Part shown: positions 7,809-15,073 of the stretch, piece by piece
How positions within the stretch are numbered: the stretch's first letter is position 1
Layout: each line of letters starts with the position of its first letter
Source of the DNA: Bdellovibrionales bacterium
GTDB taxonomy: Bacteria; Bdellovibrionota; Bdellovibrionia; Bdellovibrionales; UBA1609
Reading direction: 5' to 3'
DNA: 32,000 bases
NCBI GenBank assembly: GCA_965247685.1
Contig: OZ252021.1
Coordinates: 420,001-452,000 of the forward strand
Position numbers and translations under genes: made by a program
Notes under the pieces: generated by a model
The model's input: the letters and a program-made list of their open reading frames with translations, nothing else
What the model was told of the DNA's origin: nothing
Databases searched by the model: none

Positions 7809-9941
7809 TCATTTTTTGATATTAAACTCCAAACAAAGATCATTGCTTGTAACATGGACTATAGATCCAGAATTTATTTTTTCACTAATAATTTGACGAG
7901 AGAGGGGATTGAGTAGCTCATTTTGAATGACCCTTTTTAAGGGTCTGGCACCAAACTGAGGGTCATACCCTTTTTGAATGAGAAATGAGGTCACCTTTGA
8001 ATCAAAATTAATTTTTATTTGCTTTGCTAAAAGGCGAGATTTCACTTGTTCCAACTGGATATTCACAATTTGGGACAAATCTTCTTTTTCTAATGCGTTA
8101 AAGAAAATAAACTCATCCACTCGATTCAAAAACTCAGGACGAAACTTTTGTCGAATAATATCCATCACTTTTTTTTGAGAAGGTGAAGAGTCTGAAAGCT
8201 CTTCTGCTCCCAAATTAGATGTCATTATTAATATGCAATTTTTAAAATTCACTGTTCTACCGTGACCATCCGTCAGTCTTCCATCATCAAAAACCTGCAA
8301 CAAAATATTAAAAACATTAGGGTGAGCTTTTTCAATTTCATCAAACAAAATCACACTGTAAGGGTTGTTCCTCGCATATTCGGTTAACTGTCCTCCCTCT
8401 TCATATCCTACGTAGCCTGGAGGAGCGCCTATCATTCTTTCTGCTTGGTGTTTTTCACTATATTCACTCATATCGAGGCGAATCATCTTTTTTTCATTAT
8501 TGAATAAAAAATGAGCTAAACTTTTTGCAGTCTCCGTTTTTCCCACTCCTGTCGAACCTAAAAACATAAAGACACCAATAGGTTTATCAGGATCCGAAAC
8601 TCCAGAACGAGATCTACGAATCGCATCCGATATTTTAAGTAAAGCGTGATCCTGTCCAACCACTCTTTTTTTTAACTCAAGCTCCATGTTTAAAAGTTTT
8701 TGTGCCTGCTCCTCTGCAATACGGCTTACAGGAATGCCAGTCCACCGGGCAACGACCTCCGCCACCTCTTGAGCCCCCACTTCTTCTTTTAGAAAGACTT
8801 TTCCATTACTTTTTTGAATCTTTTTTTCTAGTTCCTCTAGTTTTTGTTTTTGCTTAGGCAAATCTGCATATTTAAGTTTAGCCGCCTTATCTAAGTGACC
8901 ATCCCTTTGAGAGCGAGCAATTTCTATTTTCAGTCTCTCAATTTCTTTTTTTGTATTTTTTAATTCCATAATTCGAATTTTTTCCTTTTCCCACAGCTCC
9001 GACAGCTCTTTGTTTCTTTTTTGCAGCTCTTGTACTTGTTTTTGGACTTCTTTATATCTCCTTTTAGAAACTGTATCGTTTTCTTTATAAAGAGCTTTTT
9101 CTTCGACCTGCAATTGTAAAATTTTTCTTCGAAGCTCATCTAACTCATCCGGAACACTATTGACCTCTAGACTCAGCTGGCTTGCAGCTTCATCAATAAG
9201 GTCTATTGCTTTATCTGGAAGGAAACGATCGGAAATATAACGATAAGAAAGATGAGCCGCTTGTACTAATGCAGAATCTTTAATACGTACTCCGTGATGC
9301 ACCTCGTACTTGTCCTTGAGCCCTCTAAGAATGGTCACTGTATCTTCTACGGAAGGCTCTTCGACAGCAATTACTTGGAAACGTCTTTCTAAAGCCTTAT
9401 CTGTTTCTATAAATTTTCGATATTCGTCTCTTGTGGTCGCTCCAATAGCTCTTAAATCCCCACGAGCTAAAGAAGGTTTTAAAATTTGACCTGCATCCAT
9501 AGCTCCATCGATTTTACCCGCCCCAATAAGAGTGTGAAGTTCATCAATAAATAAAACAATTTGCCCCTGACTTTGCTCAATAGCTCGCACTAAGGTTTTC
9601 AACCTTTCCTCAAATTGCCCCCTATACATAGAACCCGCCACCATAGAGGCTAAATCCAAAGATAAAAGAGTTTTACCTATCAAAATATCAGGAACATCTT
9701 TGTTGATGATACGAACAGCTAGACCTTCAGCTATTGCTGTTTTACCCACTCCTGGTTCTCCCACCAAAACAGGATTATTTTTTTTACGCCGGCAAATCAC
9801 TTGAATAACTCGTCGAATCTCCTTATCCCGCCCGATGACTGGATCAAGGCGGCCCTTTTCTGCCAACAGGGTTAAGTTTTTGGTGTACTTTTCCAGCACT
9901 TGTTGCTCGTTTTGAGGTATTTCATTCACTCTTTCACTCAT
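7809..9941 (-). CDS. clpB: ClpB-type AAA+ disaggregase, encoded without the N-terminal domain
   Basis: There are two AAA+ modules (GEPGVGKTAIAEGLA with FIDELH, and GSTGVGKTETAKSLA with ILFDEIEKAH). A long coiled-coil middle domain is present (ELDELRRKILQLQVEEKALYKE...). The motifs ARWTGIPVS and FGARPLKR are present. There is no ClpP-docking IGF-type loop. The protein begins at the position equivalent to about residue 145-160 of E. coli ClpB (LEKYTKNLTLLAEKGRLDPVIGRD). Confidence 0.95.
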   Translation of the reverse strand: MSERVNEIPQNEQQVLEKYTKNLTLLAEKGRLDPVIGRDKEIRRVIQVICRRKKNNPVLVGEPGVGKTAIAEGLAVRIINKDVPDILIGKTLLSLDLASMVAGSMYRGQFEERLKTLVRAIEQSQGQIVLFIDELHTLIGAGKIDGAMDAGQILKPSLARGDLRAIGATTRDEYRKFIETDKALERRFQVIAVEEPSVEDTVTILRGLKDKYEVHHGVRIKDSALVQAAHLSYRYISDRFLPDKAIDLIDEAASQLSLEVNSVPDELDELRRKILQLQVEEKALYKENDTVSKRRYKEVQKQVQELQKRNKELSELWEKEKIRIMELKNTKKEIERLKIEIARSQRDGHLDKAAKLKYADLPKQKQKLEELEKKIQKSNGKVFLKEEVGAQEVAEVVARWTGIPVSRIAEEQAQKLLNMELELKKRVVGQDHALLKISDAIRRSRSGVSDPDKPIGVFMFLGSTGVGKTETAKSLAHFLFNNEKKMIRLDMSEYSEKHQAERMIGAPPGYVGYEEGGQLTEYARNNPYSVILFDEIEKAHPNVFNILLQVFDDGRLTDGHGRTVNFKNCILIMTSNLGAEELSDSSPSQKKVMDIIRQKFRPEFLNRVDEFIFFNALEKEDLSQIVNIQLEQVKSRLLAKQIKINFDSKVTSFLIQKGYDPQFGARPLKRVIQNELLNPLSRQIISEKINSGSIVHVTSNDLCLEFNIKK

Positions 9942-10143
9942 AATATTCCTTTTTTTAAAGCTCTCTTTTTAAGCTCAAGTTTTTCTTAAGTTTGTCCTTT
10001 TTAAAGACTGAAATTTCGGCTTTTACAGCAAAAGTCCTAAATAAAAACTGGTAATTATTTTCTATTTGTCAATTATTCTTAAAATTTCGGGCTTATTTGA
10101 CCTTAAAGAGGGCAATAATAATTAGAAACCTTATTCTTACATC

Positions 10144-10173
10144 TTGACAGTTGTGTATAGCTATCCAGACAAT
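10144..10173 (+). promoter_or_regulatory. Candidate sigma70-type promoter for the Lys-rich protein gene
   Basis: TTGACA lies at 10144-10149 and GACAAT at 10168-10173, with an 18-nt spacer. GGAG at 10184-10187 sits 7 nt before the ATG at 10195. This is a pattern match only, and such hexamers are common in AT-rich DNA. Confidence 0.3.
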
Positions 10174-10194
10174 TAATTGAAATAGGAGATCAGT

Positions 10195-10875
10195 ATGAAA
10201 AAGAAAAAACCCTCCAAAAAAATCAAAAAGAAAATTGCTGCTAAGAAAATTGCTGCCAAAAGAAGTGTGAAAAAAAAGACAGCTAAAAAAACTAAAAAGA
10301 AAGTTGCAAAAAAGGTTATTAAGAAAAAGAAATCTGCTTCTAAGAAAATCACTTCCAAGAAGAAAGGTGCAAAAAAATCTACTAAGAAAAAAAAGCCTGC
10401 TTCGAAGAAAGTTAAAAAGAAAAAAGCTTCCAAAAAAATCAAAAAGAAAATTGCTGCTAAAAGAAGTGTGAAAAAAAAGACAGCTAAAAAAACTAAAAAG
10501 AAAGTTGTAAAAAAGATTATTAAGAAAAAGAAATCTGCTTCTAAGAAAAAAGCTTCCCCTCCAGCAGGCATCCTAGCAGAAAAACCTCTATCTGAACCCT
10601 TTGAAACCATAGCGGATATCCTCATAGTTGAGGAGAATTTAAACCTAGAAAATGATCCTGCAGTGGTGGATGATGCTGAGAATGAAAATTTCTTCACAGA
10701 CCCCTTTGCAGATTCAGAAAGTTTAAGTGATAATGAGGGAATAGAGACGGATTCTTATGAAGATGACCCTTTTGATTCATTAGAATCCGAAGACGACGAC
10801 GAAGATTCTCTTCTTGACTCCAATGACCCTGATGACGACAAACAGACGCAAGATAATGATTCGGATTTCTTTTAA
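10195..10875 (+). CDS. Bipartite histone H1-like protein with a Lys/Ala-rich basic N-terminal half and an Asp/Glu-rich C-terminal half
   Basis: By my count, 66 of the first 119 residues are Lys, and residues 1-123 contain no Asp or Glu. The remaining 103 residues are strongly acidic and contain only 2 Lys. A good Shine-Dalgarno sequence and an ATG are present. The composition resembles bacterial H1-like proteins (Chlamydia Hc1/Hc2, AlgP, BpH). Confidence 0.7.
   Translation: MKKKKPSKKIKKKIAAKKIAAKRSVKKKTAKKTKKKVAKKVIKKKKSASKKITSKKKGAKKSTKKKKPASKKVKKKKASKKIKKKIAAKRSVKKKTAKKTKKKVVKKIIKKKKSASKKKASPPAGILAEKPLSEPFETIADILIVEENLNLENDPAVVDDAENENFFTDPFADSESLSDNEGIETDSYEDDPFDSLESEDDDEDSLLDSNDPDDDKQTQDNDSDFF
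10213..10550 (+). repeat. Two near-identical direct repeats of about 120-137 nt inside the Lys-rich coding region
   Basis: Copy A is 10213-10349 and copy B is 10429-10550. They differ by a 15-nt insertion in copy A (an extra aagaaaattgctgcc, KKIAA) and two substitutions (gttgcaaaaaaggtt vs gttgtaaaaaagatt). Both encode SKKIKKKIAAKRSVKKKTAKKTKKKV.KK.IKKKKSASKK. Confidence 0.9.
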
Positions 10876-12313
10876 AAAGAGAATTAACCCTCATTTTATT
10901 ATTATTTTTTTAAGCTTCTTTGGAGTCTTTGGGAGCCCTGCCTCGCCCTTGAATGATATGAGTTATTTAAAAAGAAACTACAGCCAAGTCCGTAGTTTTG
11001 AAAATTATTTATTTAAACCTCCTTTAGAAAATCCTGAAGAACTCATTAATCCCTATCAAATAAAAACTCACTCAGCTTTAATACTTAAAGATGGAAAAAT
11101 TATTTATGAGAAATACGCTGAAGGTTATGATAAAGATCGTCCACATAAAATGTGGTCTATTAGCAAGGCTATCACGAGTCTTTTAATCGGAATAGCTGTA
11201 AAAGAAAACAGATTATCTCTCAAGGATAATGTCTGTCGCTATTTCAAAAAATACACCCTTCAATTTAACTGCAAAAATATGACCATTGAGGATCTAATGG
11301 GTTGGTCGAGCGGGCTTCGCTGGAAAGAGCGAGATTTTCCATCTTCTACGATCAATATGCTTTATACCTCCATCGGCTATAAAGATTCCACTAGTTTTAT
11401 TTTGAAGCATTCTTTAGCGGGAAAACCTGGAGAACTTTGGCATTACTCCAGCGCAGACACTAATCTTTTAACATACATTTTATCTCAAGTTTATAAATCA
11501 GATGAATATGCTAAACTTCCTTGGATAAAACTCTTTAATGAGCTGGATGTTCAAAATGCTACTTGGGAAAAAGATCATAAAGGAATTTTTCAAGGATGCT
11601 GTTCCCTTTACCTCACCTCTAGAGATTTGGCACGGGTGGGGGAGTTTATGTTAGAAAAGGGGAATTGGCTTGGTAAAGATTTTTTACCTAAAGACTGGAT
11701 TAAAAATTATGTTCAAACTACTTCACCTTCTTTTTTAAAAGAACCTATTTTTATTCGTGGTTTGTTAGTTCCTAGTTTTCAATGGTGGATTAATAAACCT
11801 TCTTTTCATAAGAAGGTCTTTAAACCTAGAGCTATTTCTGCTCCTGATGATCTTTTTGCAGCCGTGGGATACGCAGGCCAATATTTTTTTATCATTCCCT
11901 CTATGAACACAGTGATTATTCGAACAGGCCCAGTACAAGATATCTTTATAGATATCAATGCTATTGTTGGGCTTGCTTTGGGAATTATTACAGGGAAACA
12001 ATATGTTTCTCCCATACGAACCTTTCAAGTCCCTTACACTTTAGGAGAAGAATTCCCTCTTCCTCTCCCTCAAATAAATAACAATTTTAATTCTGCTCAA
12101 ATGATTAATAATTATGTTTCTAAAGAACTTTGTTCGTGTCTTTTTGTGGAAAAAGGAACCAAGCATGAATGCCTGGATCAACTGGAGGATTTTATCAAGA
12201 ATACTCAAGTGATCTCCTCGTCTTACAAAAATAAAACGGTTAAAGTCTCTCACCTAGGGTTTCTTAAGAGCACTTCGCATTACTCTAAATTTTACGGTTG
12301 CAGAATCCAGTGA
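10856..12313 (+). CDS. Secreted serine hydrolase of the beta-lactamase/PBP-like (PF00144-type) family
   Basis: An S-x-x-K motif is present (MWSISKAITSLLIG). A Tyr motif (WHYSSADTNLL) and a GYAGQYFFIIP region follow. The likely start is the ATG at 10856 (MIRISFKKRINPHFIIIFLSFFGVFGSPASP, a signal peptide), which overlaps the upstream gene by 20 nt. The track's start at 10814 adds a non-hydrophobic extension. Confidence 0.85.
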   Translation: MIRISFKKRINPHFIIIFLSFFGVFGSPASPLNDMSYLKRNYSQVRSFENYLFKPPLENPEELINPYQIKTHSALILKDGKIIYEKYAEGYDKDRPHKMWSISKAITSLLIGIAVKENRLSLKDNVCRYFKKYTLQFNCKNMTIEDLMGWSSGLRWKERDFPSSTINMLYTSIGYKDSTSFILKHSLAGKPGELWHYSSADTNLLTYILSQVYKSDEYAKLPWIKLFNELDVQNATWEKDHKGIFQGCCSLYLTSRDLARVGEFMLEKGNWLGKDFLPKDWIKNYVQTTSPSFLKEPIFIRGLLVPSFQWWINKPSFHKKVFKPRAISAPDDLFAAVGYAGQYFFIIPSMNTVIIRTGPVQDIFIDINAIVGLALGIITGKQYVSPIRTFQVPYTLGEEFPLPLPQINNNFNSAQMINNYVSKELCSCLFVEKGTKHECLDQLEDFIKNTQVISSSYKNKTVKVSHLGFLKSTSHYSKFYGCRIQ

Positions 12314-12361
12314 ACGTTCCTAAATATCAAAATTTCCTTCATGAACACTGAAGTAGGAAAA

Positions 12362-12790
12362 TTATAATTCTCCACGAATAATTTCAATAAGGGCATTGAG
12401 TGCATCTGTCGATGTAAAAATGCCAATATCTCCATCTGCATTTTGCACAATGGCCGAGCCAATTTTTGTCTCAGACATATAAAAGGCAACTTCTCCAATA
12501 TCCGTATTCTCATCCACAATATAGGGATCAACCTTCATAATATCTTGAGCTAAAACATCTTCTTTTTGTTGAAAGCGGTAAGAATTCAAAACATCTCTTT
12601 GGGACACAATACCCACAACATTTCGGGAATCATCTAGTACAAGAATATGCCGAATAGACTCCTTTTGCATCCACTCCTCTAAGTCCTTAGCTGGAGTTTT
12701 TAAAGTTGCAAAAATCGAACAAGGAGTGGTAAATTCCTCAACTTTTATATTAATCTTTTTTTTTCTGTTTTCCATATACTGTTTTTTCAA
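12362..12790 (-). CDS. Stand-alone CBS-pair domain protein
   Basis: The 142-aa protein has two CBS-like units (IRHILVLDDSRNVVGIVSQRDVL and IGSAIVQNADGDIGIFTSTDAL). Confidence 0.85.
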   Translation of the reverse strand: MKKQYMENRKKKINIKVEEFTTPCSIFATLKTPAKDLEEWMQKESIRHILVLDDSRNVVGIVSQRDVLNSYRFQQKEDVLAQDIMKVDPYIVDENTDIGEVAFYMSETKIGSAIVQNADGDIGIFTSTDALNALIEIIRGEL

Positions 12791-12838
12791 TTGACTTCCT
12801 TAAAAGAAAATAACATAAAGTGGAGCGGATAATCAATT

Positions 12839-13609
12839 ATGTTTTATATTTTAACGCTCGCCATAGTAGCCCCTCTTGTTTTACTTCTTTTACTTGTCGG
12901 GCTGTCCAAGATTTTGTTTATTAAAAAAGCTTTATCAAGTGGGGCAACGACCTCTATCAGTGCAGGTCTTCTAACAAGTCTTATTTTCTTCAAGTTTTTA
13001 CCTCATAGTCTAGAGTCTACGACGCCTGTTATTTTTTCCACAGGTTTTTTATTTTCATTATTTCTTATGATTGCCATCGAAGTTTACATCATCCCTTATA
13101 TCCCTTTTTCTAAAATATTTCCAAAAATAGACTCAAAGATTTCCAGCTGCCAGCATTATCATAATTATCATCACCATATTTCGCACTCTCAATCTTTTTC
13201 AACAATCGGATGCCTTTTAAGTTGTACCTTTTTTGATGGTATTCGTTTTGGCTCTTCCTTATTTGTAGATTTACAAACAAGCATCTTTATTAGCTTGGCT
13301 TTACTCGCTCATCTTCTGCCAGAGGGGCTTTCCGTTCTTTCTTTAGCTCAAAGTTCTCAGTACTCAAAAAGAGCTTATTTATTTTTAAAACTCTTATTAT
13401 GCAGCTCTTTAGGTCTAGGCATAGCTTTAAACGGGATCTTTCACTTTGAGAAAGTTGAAAGTTGGATTTTAATTTTTTCTACAGCATCTCTTTTTTACGT
13501 AGTTTTTATTCATCTTGCCCCTTTTGTTCTTAAGAAAGAAAATCATAAATTATTTTTTATCACTTTACTTATTTCTTCTTCCCTTATGATTCTCTTGAAT
13601 TTTCACTAA
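12839..13609 (+). CDS. ZIP-family divalent metal (Zn/Fe) transporter, ZupT-like
   Basis: The protein is polytopic. It has a His-rich loop (CQHYHNYHHHISHSQ) and the conserved ZIP motif ALLAHLLPEGLSV. Confidence 0.8.
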   Translation: MFYILTLAIVAPLVLLLLLVGLSKILFIKKALSSGATTSISAGLLTSLIFFKFLPHSLESTTPVIFSTGFLFSLFLMIAIEVYIIPYIPFSKIFPKIDSKISSCQHYHNYHHHISHSQSFSTIGCLLSCTFFDGIRFGSSLFVDLQTSIFISLALLAHLLPEGLSVLSLAQSSQYSKRAYLFLKLLLCSSLGLGIALNGIFHFEKVESWILIFSTASLFYVVFIHLAPFVLKKENHKLFFITLLISSSLMILLNFH

Positions 13610-13686
13610 ACAAAAACTTTAAAACAATAGTTTCTTGTGTTACGATCAGACGATAATGGAAAACTATACAGAACGGAGATCTTATT

Positions 13687-14922
13687 TTGAATATTGAAGC
13701 TTTATTCTTAATCGTATTTCCATTGATTTTTGTTATTTTAGGTTTTCTTTTTTGGAGAAACTCACAAAAACTTAATGAAGCTCAACGAAAAAATACACAA
13801 GATGCCCAGCAAATAGCAACTTTACAAATAAGTCATCAAGCCGGTGAAGAAAAGCTTCAAATCGTTCAACAGCAAATAAAAGCTCAAGAGACAGTTGAAA
13901 AAAACATGATTTCTCAGTTTGATAGTCTTTCACAAAAAATTCTCAATGAAAAAACCTCTCAATTTAAAAAAGACTCCAAAGAGCAATTGGAAAACACTCT
14001 TCAACCTCTCAAAGAACAAATTAAATTATTTCAAGAAAAAGCAGAAAAATACTACGACACTGGATCAAAGGAAATGCTGACTTTAAAAAATGAAATAGAA
14101 CACTTGATGAATGTTGGTCAAAAAATGAATGAAGAAACCCACAACCTCACCCAAGCCTTAAAAGGAAATGTCCAAACTCAAGGAGCATGGGGAGAATCCA
14201 TACTCAGTCAAGTTTTAGAAGCTTCAGGATTAAGAGAAAATGAAGAGTATATTCTACAGGGAACAGACCTTCAGCTTCAATCCATAAGCGGCTCCCACTT
14301 AAAGCCAGATGTCGTGGTGAAGCTTCCTCAAAATAGACATCTAGTCATTGATGCTAAAGTTTCTCTAACTCATTATGAGCGATATATTGCAAGCTCAAAT
14401 GCCGAAGAAAAAAAGGAGTTTTTAAAAAACTTTACCCGATCCATTCGAAACCATATATCAAATCTAAGCTCTAAAGAGTATCAAAATGCCTTAGGTTTAA
14501 ATTCTTTAGACTTCGTCTTTTTATTTTTCCCTTTAGAAAGTGCTTTTTCTGTAGCTCTACAAACAGATCGAAGTATTATCGAATCTTCTTGGAAAGAATC
14601 TGTGGTCATTGTAAGCCCTACAACTTTGCTCGCCACACTGCGAACTGTCGCATTTATGTGGCAAAGAGAAAGAGAAAATAAAAATGTTTTAGAAATTGCT
14701 AAAAAATCAGGGGATTTATATGACAAATTTGTTGGTTTCTTAGACGATTTAACACAAGTAGGGACTCATCTGAAACATTCTTCAAATAGTTATGAGGATG
14801 CATATAAAAAATTAAGTACAGGTAAAGGCAATATTGTCTCACGATTGGAACATATTAAGAAACTCGGGGCTCGAGCTAAGAAACAAATCAATAAAGATTT
14901 CACTGCTGACCTTGAATCGTAA
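13687..14922 (+). CDS. rmuC: DNA recombination protein RmuC
   Basis: There is an N-terminal TM helix followed by a long coiled-coil. The RmuC core motifs are GNVQTQGAWGESILSQVLEASGL and KPDVVVKLPQNRHLVIDAKVSL, followed by IVSPTTLLATLRTV. The start is TTG, preceded by ACGGAGA. Confidence 0.9.
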   Translation: MNIEALFLIVFPLIFVILGFLFWRNSQKLNEAQRKNTQDAQQIATLQISHQAGEEKLQIVQQQIKAQETVEKNMISQFDSLSQKILNEKTSQFKKDSKEQLENTLQPLKEQIKLFQEKAEKYYDTGSKEMLTLKNEIEHLMNVGQKMNEETHNLTQALKGNVQTQGAWGESILSQVLEASGLRENEEYILQGTDLQLQSISGSHLKPDVVVKLPQNRHLVIDAKVSLTHYERYIASSNAEEKKEFLKNFTRSIRNHISNLSSKEYQNALGLNSLDFVFLFFPLESAFSVALQTDRSIIESSWKESVVIVSPTTLLATLRTVAFMWQRERENKNVLEIAKKSGDLYDKFVGFLDDLTQVGTHLKHSSNSYEDAYKKLSTGKGNIVSRLEHIKKLGARAKKQINKDFTADLES

Positions 14923-15073
14923 AAAGTTTGTTACTCTCACAAGAAAATTTATGACCTATTCAAGCCTTAGGGCTAAATTTTGACGTATCTTTCTTTCCAA
15001 TTAAGAATATTTTTAATCCTTTCTTTATTAGATTTTTTTTTATAACATAAGAGGATAAGGTCAGGGTTTTATT

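Noticed and set aside
7701-7916. A 71-aa plus-strand ORF spanning the clpB 3' end and the downstream intergenic region.
   Set aside because: It overlaps the strongly supported clpB coding sequence on the opposite strand. It has no Shine-Dalgarno sequence and a composition typical of random AT-rich ORFs.
9942-10140. A sigma32 heat-shock promoter, CIRCE element or HAIR element upstream of clpB.
   Set aside because: The nearest look-alike (TTTAAG-N10-CCCGAAAT on the minus strand) has the wrong spacing. CTTGAG occurs without the inverted partner needed for HAIR. No TTAGCACTC-type CIRCE half-site is present.
10195-10560. The repetitive region could superficially resemble a CRISPR or other non-coding repeat array.
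   Set aside because: There are only two long copies, they lie in frame inside a continuous ORF, and there is no short-repeat/unique-spacer periodicity. No cas genes are in the window.
10173-10697. A 174-aa minus-strand ORF full of Phe and Leu, opposite the Lys-rich gene.
   Set aside because: It is the antisense artefact of AAA/AAG codons, which read as TTT/CTT. The plus-strand ORF has a good Shine-Dalgarno sequence and ATG, and a coherent two-block architecture.
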